A stretch of DNA of 54,029 nt, counting the filler, from Diploschistes diacapsis (taxonomy: Eukaryota), in the NCBI GenBank assembly GCA_023645945.1. It is 4 parts of 4 records of this genome, joined end to end, with 100 filler letters (N's around TTAATTAATTAA, not from the genome) between each part and the next. Parts side by side here need not be neighbours in the genome. Positions count along the whole stretch, not along the records: positions 13,562 to 27,014 come from JALAIB010000661.1; 3 more parts are not named here. The stretch is one strand, 5' to 3'. The translations under genes were made by a program, and so were the position numbers. Of this stretch, positions 13,562 to 25,600 are shown in pieces; within the stretch, counting starts at the first letter, position 1; every line of letters starts with the position of its first letter. A model generated the notes under the pieces. The model was not told the DNA's origin, did no database searches, and saw only the letters and a program-made list of their open reading frames with translations.

Positions 13562-14479
13562 CCCCTCATCATTCTTTTTTTCTTTTTTTTATTCTTTTTT
13601 TTGAAGCGAGTCCAGGATACATCCCTATCCGGGAAGCGGTAGAGAAGAAAACAAGAGGAAACTTGGCGGAATAGCTGGGCATGTATATTATTATATAGCT
13701 TTGGATCCAATGTATATATTATGCAATCTGTGTTTATAATCTTGTCCTTCGGGACATTTGGTCAATTTGAAACGATACAGAGAAGATTAGCATGGCCGTG
13801 AGTTCGATTACCGTTGAAGTCAATGAATGATGCCCTTTACTGATGTCTGGCAGCCTGCACTAAGGATGACACGCTTCTACAAAGAGACGCTATAAGTTTT
13901 TTTTTTTTTAGTTTTTGTTCTTGTAAAAAGAGAGAGTAGTAGCATTGTTGATTGTTCAACATATTTGTGAATCTTATAATAAAAATTTTTTTACAGAGTC
14001 TAAAGGGCATGTTTGATTGATAAACTGCGCTTCTATTTTTGTTGGCTCAAATGTCTAAGTGCAACCCCCAGCGCGGTTGAGATGCTGGATTTCCTGCTGT
14101 TAATAGCTTTACATATCGTTCTCTCGCGTTGACCGGGAATCTGTCATTGCAGCATAAGCAGTAAGCGCACCACTGCTGAAGGAAGCAAAGCTGAAAAAAA
14201 TGTTGCCCGCGGAGAGTGAAAACCCCATCACTCCGACCCTTCTCTTATCTTCTTCCATAGTAATACCATTAAACATTCTTTCATGTTCCCACTTTATCGT
14301 CACACCAATGTTCTAGTACTTTATCATCCGTCAAAGGTTTCTATTTCCGCACTATCCACAACGTCCTCATCACACTCAGCCCTAACGCTGTGCCTTATAC
14401 CTGTCTCTGTCTCTCAGCTCTTGGACCTTCTTTAGTTTCCTTGGATCAGCCTTGCGGGCTTTCAAGCTTCTTGGATTGG

Positions 14480-15652
14480 CTCCCGAGCCTTTATTGCGGG
14501 GAGCTTACATGTTGACTGGCTTTATATTCACGAAGCAAGAGGAGCAAGAGTCCATACGCCAAAGATCCCCCACCCTCCTAGGCAAGTTCCCGAAGCGATT
14601 CCTCGGATGTAAAGCCGCGCCTTGCGGCCCACACTTGTAGAACTCTGTCCATAAAGAATGCCTCGCCGGGAATGTCGCTGTGTTCCCTAGCGACTGCTCT
14701 GCAATCCCGGAACACAACAAGGCTACTTTGAAAGAAGTTATGTTGCCAACACTCCTCTCATACTATGATGAAAGCAAACTTAACTGCTGACACAAAGTCC
14801 GATGCTTCTTGACACTTGGTAAGGTTAAGCAACCCTGTTGGGTCCAGGCACGCCATGGAGAACCTTCGGACAGCCTGGCCACTAATAGCTACTCTCATAT
14901 GGAATGAGGTTTGACGAAGCTCAAGAACCGTGTCTTTTAGGATCCTTTTTTGGCCGTACGTGGAGCTTTTCCCGCCTGTCCTGATGCAATTAGGGCCACG
15001 CGCGCATTACACGCATCGAGGACATTCGCAGTGGGAGGCTCAGGGGTTTCTTCTATCCTAGTAGGCATTTTGGCAAGAATGAAGACGAGCTCTTGGAAGC
15101 CTCGAGTCAAATGGCCAGACAAACGTCGGAAGTTGGCTGATACCGGTCTTCTCGGTACCCCTGCTGGATACTAACGTCGTTGGGAACGAGAGCAATATCA
15201 CTGCATGGGTTACCTAAAGCAAGGACGAGGTTCGACTCATCCTGGAAGCTGCTGTTCAAGCTGTCCTCTATTTGAGTGAATGCGGTTCGAATTGCTTCAG
15301 AAGCCTCCATTTCATGCGATTGGACAGTCTGGAGCAGCTCCGTGACGCCACTCGGAACGATATCGGCAATGCTATGGTTTAACGCCGCCCAGGACTGTTC
15401 TTTCCTCATCATTAGGGTAGGAACATGCTGTTCCTATTGTTCTCACTCTTCTTTTTCTTGATGTTGCCGTTTCCTTTTCAAGGCCAGCCGCGAATCTCCT
15501 GGTCTTTCGAGTCGAAGAACGCAGCTCGAAGTGTTTCCTTTTTTGGAGTACTCAAGAACCCCAATTGCTCTATGGGATACGTCACCATGAGGCCAAAGTT
15601 CTTTGATGTGCAGTTCCGATAGATCGGCGGAAGCCATTTCTGCTGCTGTCAA
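14480..15652 (-). pseudogene. Possible decayed gene of unknown family
   Basis: Successive protein-like minus-strand segments (15443-15652, 15107-15412, 14937-15122 and FRDCRAVAREHSDIPGEAFFMDRVLQVW near 14620-14715) broken by stops and frameshifts. No recognised motif. Confidence 0.25.
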
Positions 15653-17498
15653 GAGGTAGAATTATAAATCTTAAACTGCATATTAATTCCGTCGTAGTTG
15701 ATAGGAACGGTTCCTTGTCTGTTTTAAAAGGCACAGCGACTGAGCTAGGCCAACTCCCTAGACAAAAGATAACCGCTTCCTAGGGTGGGGATATGGATTT
15801 TGAGGGATGAGCGACTCGGGTGGATAAAAATTTTCCTATGTTGTTATAGGCGGTGGATCAAGACGTCCAAATTGTCTAATATACTCACGACGGTTGACTT
15901 CCATTGTCGGTCGGGAAGATGAGATATGTTCCAGCGTAAAGCCATAGTCAACTGTTGCCCGCCTGTGCCTGTATTAATTCTCTCGACAAGTCGGTGGTAA
16001 CTACGCGTGTTTGAAGATTCTTGATCTCTGCATCAGCGGAGGCATAGGTATGCTCAACGATCCAATTTGGTCCACCGGATGATAGTATCGTCGCTTTATA
16101 TAGCCAGCCTGGGCGATCATCTGGATATAACAAGACCTTATATATATACAATGTGTATTCGAGGATCGGTCTTGTCGAAAATATACTCAGATCTATAGAG
16201 ATGTCTACAGACTTCTTCATTCAATGGTTGACTTTCCCAAACTTTATCTGAAAAATCCGATGTAAATTGTCGATGTTATGCCGGGCCTCTGATTCGACCT
16301 TTTTCCTTTAGTTGGGATGACTTCTCCTTCGGTTCCCTGATTTGGACATTGCGCTCTTGAGTGGACTCCGCCCCATCATGGATGTTATGGTTTATTTCCT
16401 TGCCGAGTAGGTTGGGCACAATCGCTTTGATTGAATTTGTTTGCCCGGTCGAGGCCACGAGGCAGCGTGGGTTTTTCTTTCAGAAGTCAATGTTTTGATT
16501 CGGTGGCCTTGAAACGCTCCCTTCAACGCAGAGTCGTTAGGGGGCGTTTCCTTATACGCTGGCCCCTCTTCCTTCCAGAATGAACCAGGGCGAGGCTGTA
16601 CAATTCCCTCTGTTCCGCCATAAAGGGGCTGTAGCCAGAATCGCGCTTCTCAGGCCAAATCGCCGCTGATGGGATTTTCGGAAGGGGGAAGCCGGGCAAA
16701 GCCAGGCTTATTTTATATACCTGTTTGTGATTCGTGGGGTGGGCGTGTAGAAGCTGATCGGCCCTCTGAACGTATTTTCCAAACAAGATCGGCGGCATGT
16801 TAGACTTTAAGTTTCTTTCCCCTCCTTTTTCAAAGTACGAGCGCGAGCGATAAACATTAAAACTCTTTGCAGTCCCCACTTACTGGATAGGGGGATTTTT
16901 TGTGCAGATACATATAGGTGGGCACCAGAAGAAGGATGTGTGAACTGTACGAGTTCCATGACCGCGTGCTTTGATGATATTTCAAAGCTTGAACTCTCTT
17001 CCCAAACCGCTGAATGAACTAACTACAGCGCAGCGGCTAGCAAGACAACCATAGGATCAGAAGAGTAAAAAATACTACCTCTGCGTGTCGGATCAGTCGT
17101 CCCCTTCTGAAATTTCAAAAAGCGAGTCCAGCAGCTGGCTTGCCTTCGGGATCTGATGCTGATCCGGTTCGCTCATTATCTCGAGGGGCCAAGTCATCGG
17201 ACGCGCAGAGGTAGGACGTTTGTTTTAAGATTTTGAAACACTTCCAGAAGTCTTTTGCAAAAGCACTCTAATCATATAATATCGGTAGTATGACATGATG
17301 GTTCTTTTAGGGAAAAAAGCCTCCTCATCATCCCTCTGCTCCTTGCTGTCTTTTTTTCCAAAGCTACGACGACCAATATATCTCTCCATAGGCTACAATG
17401 CGAAAGCCAACCAACCTCTCTTCCCTGTCTTCTCCCCATTTTTCATATCTCCTATGGTCCGATACAATTGGGCACTTTATTGCTAAACTACAACGATA

Positions 17499-19292
17499 TT
17501 AGGAACTAGATGGAATCAAGCCTTCAAGATACCCCCTCAGACCGGGATCACACGCATATACATACGTTCCTCGGATCCCGCGCGTCATGAGCACGGCATA
17601 GATCTGCGTGATGTATTGCAGCAGGTCGTCGTCTGTGTAGCTTTTGCCGAGCGCCGGGTTATTCTCCTTACCCTTCTTGTCAAAGTACGAGTTCCGATCG
17701 ATGGAAAAGCGCCTTCGCTCGGGGTCGAAGCGCAGATCGGGACCGATGATGACACCGACGTAGTTCAGGTCGTAGCCCTGAACCGTGTGGATCGATCCCA
17801 CTTCCTCCAGCGCGTTGCTGGAAGCGATCCAGTCGGTGGGCGTGCTGTTCCAGCGGAGCCGCGTCTGGCCGATTTCAATATCGAACGCGCTCCTGTCCCT
17901 TTTGCTCTTCCACTCCCATGCGTAACCCGCGACCATACGTGAAAGGCCCACCTCGGCCTCGCGTCGGAAGATCTGGCCTTGCATCTGTGCGACACTGTCG
18001 AACAGGCGAAAGTCGTATTCCCCAAAGTCGTGTCTCGCTCGTGGGAAATCTTGCTTCGCTGCTGGAAGTGAGGAAGGGCGAGGATCGAGGATCCAACGAA
18101 CGTAAGATATAAAGTCCGATCCCGCTTGAACTCGCATCTGAGTCCGAAGCTGAAAATAACGCCCCGAAGCACGGGTGTCGGCAATGAGTTCCGAGAGCAG
18201 CTCCGAGGGCAGATCGGCTGGTCGAACGCTCTGTGCTGCGTCCAGGAAGAAGATCTGATGTCGGCTCTTCGTCCTCATCCAATCAAGCTGCGTCTTGCTA
18301 GTGTCGTTGCTGCCGAAGAGCTCTCTTGTGATGGTTGCGAACTTGGTGTTCAGCCTCGCTGATGATTGGTTAGCACGTTGATTGAGCCGATGGGTCTCAT
18401 CTACTAAAAGCAGATCGAACACCTGATCTGCTTCTCCTACGTCGAAGGGCGTCATGACCATGGAGGGTTTAAGCCCAGGCGTCTTGCGGAAGACCTTCTT
18501 GATGGATTCTCGTAAAGATTGCTGCGGCACCACCAGACCGATCCGCAGATTCTGGAGGAGCCTCTGATTGGTTTCGGTGAAGAATTCCGAGAAGCGCGAG
18601 TCGCTGTCTAGATCTTCAAGCGAAGTAAATGTTTGAATGTCAACGAGCAATTTGATCATATAGATGGCTACGACCGTCTTGCCTGTGCCCGGATCGCCCT
18701 GGATCACTGCCATGCTATTGGCGCCCCTTTCGAGGTCGATGAAGAGTCCCTTGACAATTTCATCCACAGAAGCCGCTTGATCTTCCGTAAGTGCTTTGAA
18801 TGGCGACAATTTGAAGAGATCACTGTTCTCGATTTCAGGAATACTCCGCGTGAAAACTCCATCGCGCTTGAGTTGTTGGAAGATATTGCGGAAGGTCTCG
18901 CGGTACAACTCTCGCTGGTAGTACTTGGCCTCCGTGATCCCGTTGTTGCGGTTAAGCACCCGATTGGCGCCTTCGCCAGCCAACATTTTAATGAGGTAGG
19001 ACTCCAAATCAAGGCAGACCGACTTGTTGAACCTCTCGTCGATGAGGACGCGGACATTCTTCAGGTGCTGCTTCGCGGGCGTCTCGAGGTGCTGCCGCAT
19101 CCGACCGGCGGCGTTGAGCGATTCGCCAACGTAGATATCCCTCAAACCGTTTGGATTACCCCGTGCGGTGGTAGCATGGCCGTCGTCCAGCACATACACG
19201 ACAGGCCAATTGCCATGCTTCTCATCGTGCAGCTTCCAGCTCATGACGGCGTCTTTGGAGAAATCGAGCCGCGCGATCTTACAGCTCATCAT
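17499..19292 (-). CDS. GIY-YIG nuclease fused to DUF2075 (Schlafen group-3-like SF1 helicase), bacterial type, intronless, 597 aa
   Basis: VVYVL...IYVGES..GRMRQH...LESYLI..NRN (GIY-YIG motifs); Walker A GDPGTGKT; Walker B LLLVDETHRL; QMRV, IHTVQGYDL and YAVLMTRG (SF1 motifs IV-VI). Uninterrupted GC-rich ORF. Confidence 0.9.
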   Translation of the reverse strand: MMSCKIARLDFSKDAVMSWKLHDEKHGNWPVVYVLDDGHATTARGNPNGLRDIYVGESLNAAGRMRQHLETPAKQHLKNVRVLIDERFNKSVCLDLESYLIKMLAGEGANRVLNRNNGITEAKYYQRELYRETFRNIFQQLKRDGVFTRSIPEIENSDLFKLSPFKALTEDQAASVDEIVKGLFIDLERGANSMAVIQGDPGTGKTVVAIYMIKLLVDIQTFTSLEDLDSDSRFSEFFTETNQRLLQNLRIGLVVPQQSLRESIKKVFRKTPGLKPSMVMTPFDVGEADQVFDLLLVDETHRLNQRANQSSARLNTKFATITRELFGSNDTSKTQLDWMRTKSRHQIFFLDAAQSVRPADLPSELLSELIADTRASGRYFQLRTQMRVQAGSDFISYVRWILDPRPSSLPAAKQDFPRARHDFGEYDFRLFDSVAQMQGQIFRREAEVGLSRMVAGYAWEWKSKRDRSAFDIEIGQTRLRWNSTPTDWIASSNALEEVGSIHTVQGYDLNYVGVIIGPDLRFDPERRRFSIDRNSYFDKKGKENNPALGKSYTDDDLLQYITQIYAVLMTRGIRGTYVYACDPGLRGYLEGLIPSSS

Positions 19293-19599
19293 ACTTCCTG
19301 CTGTTTCCTCGGGCCTTATCTACGGGGTACTTTTTGCGCGTGGCTTCCAGCTTCTCCAGCACAATCTGCTCGGGATCGGCGCCGATGCGATCGGCAAGAA
19401 GGAGACAATAGGTTAGTACGTCGGCGAGCTCTTCACGCACGCGCTGAGGTTCGGCACCGGCACTCCACTGGAAGCACTCGAGCAGCTCGCCGGCTTCGAT
19501 GGAGATGCTTTTGGCGAGGTTCTCCGGCGTGTGGAACTGTGCCCAATCGCGTTCGGCGACGAAGGCCGCGAGGGCGTCGTGGACTGTTTGACTGACCAT
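19279..19599 (-). CDS. MazG-like all-alpha nucleotide pyrophosphohydrolase (dCTPase/RS21-C6-like), bacterial type, 106 aa
   Basis: FVAERDWAQFHTPENLAKSISIEAGELLECFQW...EELADV...KYPVDKARG...KY: ExxE...EExxD metal-binding pattern. ATG at 19599. Stop lies 14 nt inside the next gene. Confidence 0.9.
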   Translation of the reverse strand: MVSQTVHDALAAFVAERDWAQFHTPENLAKSISIEAGELLECFQWSAGAEPQRVREELADVLTYCLLLADRIGADPEQIVLEKLEATRKKYPVDKARGNSRKYDEL

Positions 19600-19735
19600 G
19601 GGGTCCACGGTAGAGACGAGTGGGGTAGGAGGGATAAAAATCTAGGTATCTAAAATATATAGTAAGGAGTGTAAAATAGGGGGTTGAGTAGACCATGACT
19701 GAGAGGGCATAGCAGCCTCCGTATATATAAATAAG
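19600..19735 (-). promoter_or_regulatory. Putative fungal core promoter for the MazG-DUF2075 unit
   Basis: TATATA-like boxes near 19655-19662 and 19722-19730 on the minus strand, followed by a C/T-rich leader up to the ATG. Confidence 0.35.
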
Positions 19736-21599
19736 ATGGGGGAACTCCAGTCGGTCGGCTCCGGCCAGGCACATCGCTGCGTATCGCTACACCATCTAGA
19801 TATGAGTTTATTACTGGCCCATTTAAGCGAGAACGCTCATTGCGCCTACGAGAGTGGCTCTTTAGCTCGATGTAGTTGTGATTTTCTTAAAAGGACGTCC
19901 CGAGATGGCGTCTTGTGCCGCCCGTGGAGTTGTGAGGTGGTGGTCGTCAGGCTACAATAAGGGCGTGGGCATGCATGCAGGTAGCTTACAAGGTTCAGAA
20001 GAAAAGGGAGGACAGAACCGCAACAGCATAGCACAATCCCTATGCTGGAGACACTCCAGTTTGTTTTTGATTGAGACGATATGGAAGAGTGGGAGCATGA
20101 CGTGCTCTTGAAAGATAGACGGTAATATGTCCGCATGTCTACACAGGTGGTCATGAAGAAGCAGCTTTTCGATTACAGTTTTCTTTGCCCATGGATGACA
20201 GACTGTTAAGTTGCATGTCCAGAACATGCTACTCCCAAAAAGGATTGTTTTACTTCTTACTCGCACACACCCAAGCGGACTCTCCATTGAAGGACTAATC
20301 ACCAAGCACCCCCCATCCCCATGCCTGTGCTTCGGCAATGCCAGTCCCCCGTTCTTCCCCATCGCTCAATAGGTCCTAGCCTACCTCCTTTGTCAAAACG
20401 CAAGCTCACTGTCAAGAACAGCATCATTGTTACCCCCCTAATCCTCATCCTCGCTCTCCACCACAGCGTCGCGTCCACGTACTGAGCCTCGTCCAGAGCG
20501 TAACGCCTGTCCAACCTCCTCCTCCACCAGCAGTGGTGCCCTACTCGCCAACCCCCCCTCTCAATCCTTTCCATTGGGGCCGCCCGGGGCCCATGCTCTT
20601 CAACTGCCTAACAAGGTGTCGCCGGCACAGGAAAAGCGCGATGATAATACGGGCGCAAGTACTAGTGCTCGAGAGCTGGGCGCGCCTGTCTCTCTGAATT
20701 GATTTACCGTTAAAGTCTCGATAAGCCCAAGCTCGAGGGGCACCAAGTGTGTCGAGCGAAATTTGTCGAGGAACCACTCGCTGCCCCGAGCTCTCTCCCC
20801 GCCTTGTTCTCTGGAGCCCGCATGGGGGGCGATGGCAGTACGTGCGGAAGCGGAATGGGTATTTCAGGGGTTTGCTTGACCAAAGCCCCAATTTCCCCCT
20901 CTTATTACAGTCGGTGTCCATGTTCTATGTCGGTGGTTGAGGCCCAGGCATTGTGGTTCTTGCTGTGAATTTTTGCTTGGTCAGGGTCGTGATCCTAATT
21001 TAAGGGCTCCTTCAAGTGGCTGGCGGATGTCGCGCCAGTTGGCTCTCAATAAAAGTTTGGCCAGGCTTGGGATGTCTGTCGTTTACCTCCCTCCTGATTT
21101 TTCCTGCAACTTGCTTCTCTGGTTTCACTACCAGTCCATGTTGTGATGTCGAAGTTTGGCTTACCTCTTATCGCTTGAAACTTTGTATCCGCCTGCATTC
21201 TCAGCGGGTTCTTCCACAGCTCTTTCTCTCTGTCACGCGGCAATTGCACAGAAACCCAGCCAATAATGATAAGAAAAGAAAGGGAAAGTAGGGGACTGCA
21301 CTTTGCTGTGGTGAATACAGAAGGCCTTTTTGCATAACACGGGCTACCAATGCTCAGTAACAGCAGTGGCAGCTCAATGACAGAGATCGTAGTTCAATCT
21401 CAGAAGTAGCAGCTCCGGTAATGTACAAAATCTATAGGTATGTTCAAGTTTGCAGCACCACGATTATTAATAAACCATACTCCACCAAGAAAGACTTTGT
21501 CTCACCTATACCTCTGCTTTTCGCAGAGCACGATTCATCTCCATCACGCCAGCTTCCCCCCGCCTTTACGCCCCTCAATTTCCTCCCCGCTACCTGCAG

Positions 21600-23434
21600 A
21601 AGCACGATAGTCCCAATCGCTGCAGCAACGATCGCGGCTTGGATTCCGAAGCTCTCGCCGAAACCCATCGTCTAGCCTCACTACATCTGGTAGTACCCGA
21701 CCTGAAAGCCGCCGGCACTGCGGAAAAAGTTCAATAAACCGGAAACCTCGGCCGTGAGCGTAGGATAACGTTCCATGAGGTACGCCAAGATGACGACGGA
21801 GGCAATCGTTACACCGCAGACGTAAATACTTAAGGAGAGATACGGGTACAGATTAGCATTGTAGCTAGATAATCGTGTGCTGAGGGGGAATAGTGGTAGG
21901 AAGGAATGGAAGTAACAGAAACGTACCCCATCCGATTACCGCAATTCCCACGCTCCCATGAAACGCCAGCGACTGTCCGACCGCCACTAGGCCTGGTATA
22001 ATGAGTACGGCAGCGACGTAAGCCGTCACAAGTCTGGCCTCTGGAAGGAAGACACCAGCGTGCATCTTCACGTAGCGCTTCGCGACAAAATCGTTGAAGA
22101 AGTGTCCGAAGAGCTCCCCAACGAGCGCGCCACTATGGGCGTGAAGTAGAGGTAGCCGAGGGAGAGGGGAGAGAAGCCGTCCCCGGCAGGATCGCGGGTA
22201 AGGAAGAGGATGGAGGAGGTTTATGTTGATACCGATTGCCCTGTATAAAGATGAGTGTTCAGATCAGATACGGAACGAGGAACTCATTTTTATGGTGCCT
22301 ACCACATGAAGACAAGCATGCTTTGAGAAGCAACTAAAACGGAAAGCTGGCAAGGGTCCGGGGACGACTTACTAGAAAACAAGGCCGAGAAGCAAGACAG
22401 GTTTGAACAGCACTCTCACTGAACGAACGCAGCATGACCAGAGGGAGGAAAAGTAGGTGCAATTGCGGAGTTGCTAGATGCCGAGCATGCGCATGATACG
22501 AGATCCTCGAAGGGGCTATGCGTCGACTGGTATTGATCGATTGTAGTATGTCTCGTCTGCCAAAAGGAGAACGAGCACAAGATCCAGACAGACAATGGCA
22601 AATATGGAAAAGATCACGGCGCGCCAATTTACGCCCAGTGGGTTGTTGTTGCCAGTGGCTTCGAGGATGAGTTAAGCAAACAGCAGTGACAGATAAGGTG
22701 ACAGGATGAAAAAGTTAACCCATATTCTAATCTTTCGCGCATATTCATGGAAAAAGAACGTATCATAATACTGTCAGATGGGTCATCAAACGGGCATTAC
22801 AGTAACCGAACCTTTTATACAGGCCAAGCCAACAACTTAATAGGATGAGAAGAAGAATCCGGTGAGCGTACGAATGCATAGTTGACTTGGAAATTGTTCG
22901 TTAAAGCGGTAATGAATACACAGATGGCGCCGAGGAAAGTGGACGAGAACATAAACCGGAAGACGCCCCCAAAAGGAGCAAACGATAGCCCAGAAAATAG
23001 CGCCAATACCGAGGAAAGCCAGATTCAGATTACCCGCGAAGTTGACGACGTTAGGGTTTGAGACCTTATTCAACTCCTTGCACCTGGATCAGAGGCACAC
23101 CGCACGCGCTCGAGAAGTCTGCAAGAAAGGCCGTGAGGGAGACTACGAAGAGCATGCGGTGCTTCTTCGCCTGAAACAAATTCAGAGGGTCGTCTCGGTT
23201 TGATGTTGGTTGCGGGATCAGGATAGTCTGTACAGTTTAGGCTTCTATTGATGCAGGAAAGGCGTCTTCTGCACTCGCGTGTCCATATCTGGCCAGCTTC
23301 CAAGAGCCAACATCAATACGGCCTGCTTGAGCATCCAAGAGCACATCCTCAGTGTCCTCTTCAATAACGGGACTGCACGTCTCCGCGGGCAGCTTGGAAG
23401 GCTTCTGGTCACCATCTGTCATTTCCTCCATCAT
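21600..23434 (-). pseudogene. MFS transporter pseudogene (fungal, intron-containing); 3' end approximate
   Basis: LIPQPTSNRDDPLN (PQP..DPLNW-type), FWGRLPV (motif A), PEARL, LLNFFRSAGGF. In-frame TAA at QGVE*G plus frameshifts. Intron signals present. Confidence 0.8.
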
Positions 23435-24590
23435 AGATTATCCGAGCTCTGGAACCTGAATTGGGCGCAGAAGTTCCTTTGGCCGATGCCTCACAGCTTG
23501 AACACGTCTGACGCAGAGATAGTGAACGAAGTGAAGAAAGCAAGGAATCCACAGGCTGTATATGCTCTTCATTGGCTCAAGGTATTAGAGTCCGAATAAG
23601 GGAGAACGATGTGAAAACACGGAAAGAGCAATCCAGCATTCAAGCTGAGACAAGCAGCGCACGCCTATTCGAACAAATTTACCTCGCTCAATAGCTTTCA
23701 CCTATTCGAATTCAAAGAGTACAAGTGACCAATCACTCTCTTTCTATAATTGAGCAACAAGCGGGCTAACCGAAGAGCCCAGAGGCGATTCGGATTCTGG
23801 AGTTCCAATATGGGCGAGATTCACTTGCATGCAAGCTAGAGTGCTTCATAAGACATATCCTGCTATCGCTAGATGACGCCTCAGATGCTTACCAAGAGTC
23901 TTCTGAAGCCGGCTGCCTAAGATAAGGTGATGGAGGTTGTTCTTACATGGAACGTCTTGCTCTGACCCGATATATAGAATCCTCTGGGTGTTGTCACGGT
24001 ATCATTAATGCGTGCATTTCAAAGTAACTACGGAGCAGTATATATATATATACACGTAGATAGAGATTTCCCTACAAATTTGGCATAGCAGTCAGTACGG
24101 GTGAACCTTTATCCAGTCTACCAGGACCATCTACTTCGCTGCTGAGCGTTTTGACTCCCCGCCATCTACATCTACCTCTCCAATACAAGAGCAACAACTA
24201 CTAATGATTATATCCAATCTGAAGGAAGGTAAGGAGTCGGCCTTGCGGAGGAGTCCTGGAGTCTCCAATGTTGTATTCAAGCTTTAAGTAGTTCACATAC
24301 TGGATTGGCTGTTGCTGCTGCACATCTCGAACGCCCCTAATTTCAAATCTCTAGGTTGCATGTGCCCCTTTCCCGCCAACAAACACTTCTACTCTTGCTG
24401 GCTGTCTACTTAACCTTTCCAAAAGCCCACTTATACTTTCAACGTTCTTTCGTCCCTTTTGGATTTTGCACGGCTTGTCACTTTGCTTGTTGGTTGGCTT
24501 GATTGGCTCATCAAAGACCTCTTCTTGGCCTGCAGCATTGCGCCCTTGCGCCCTCACGCCCTCGCGCCCTCTTTTTCGTCATCGGGCATC

Positions 24591-25600
24591 ATGTCTGACG
24601 CGCCGGATGGTTGGCAGAACGCCCCTTCCATGGATCCTTATAGCAATTGGACCAATCAAGACCTCTTTAGTCCGTTCACCGACGGCGTAGGGGCTGAGTG
24701 AGTTTTTTTTTTAGCCTTGCTGATCTTTGGGGCAGCTTCACGTTGCAGTTGCCGGATCATACTGTTTTTTACAATGGCTTCAGCAACACTGACGGACAGC
24801 CACAATACTCAGCGAATAACGCTGCGTTCCATACAACCAGCGCAGATGTGGGGCAATCGGCAGCAAACGATACTGGCATGGCCGGTATTATTACCCAATC
24901 AGATCAACGCGTGTCATCTTCGAGCTGTATTCAGCCTGGACTTACCATGCCTATGGTATTCACTCCATTTAGTATGCCCGCACACGCTGCTGGCATAGCC
25001 AACTACCCTGGACAGGTAGCTCAAGGACCAACAACATCAACCTTTAATCACCCTGGATTTAATATACAGGGAGAGTCTCCTCTGCCCGTACTTGACGGCA
25101 TCGGAAGTGGCTCCAAGCCTAGTGCTTCCACAAACAAGCAAAACCCGACTACCGAGGGACTCACCGCCACCAAGACCCATGTGTGCGCAACCGAAGGCTG
25201 CAGGCTTTCTTTCAAACGACGATCAGACTTAAGACGCCATGAAAAGAAACACGACTCGCCAATTTGGCATTGTCTTGAGCATGGCTGCCGATTTCGTGGT
25301 CAGCATGGCTTCTATCGTCTTGACAAGCTCACGTCACACCAGACTAATAAACATGGTCTTGGCTTAAAGCATGTTCGCTGGGGCTGTTCCTCGGCGACCG
25401 AGTCGCCGACTCGCATTATCGAAGTGCCGTTAAGCCTAGCCGGACTCAAATCAACGGACCGAATTCTTCTCGTTCGCAGTTCTGAACATATGAAACTCCC
25501 TGATAGGTTTGAAGTCGATACTGATGGATACCTTTTGTGGGTCATGGTTCAACAAGATGGCAGCGTTATTCGTGGAAACTGGTGGACATTTCATGGTTAA
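24591..25600 (+). CDS. C2H2 zinc-finger protein (two fingers), putative transcription factor
   Basis: ATG 24591; short intron near 24690-24750 (exact sites ambiguous); CATEGCRLSFKRRSDLRRHEKKH and CLEHGC..GFYRLDKLTSHQTNKH. Confidence 0.75.

Noticed and set aside
19279..19296. C-terminal KYDEL as an ER-retention signal
   Set aside because: No signal peptide, and the sequence is constrained by the overlapping start codons.
18633..19595. 320-aa plus-strand ORF opposite the operon
   Set aside because: Antisense shadow of GC3-biased genes; TTG start and no motifs.
11393..19599. Terpene cluster and bacterial operon as one mobile element
   Set aside because: They are separated by an artificial spacer, so linkage is unsupported.
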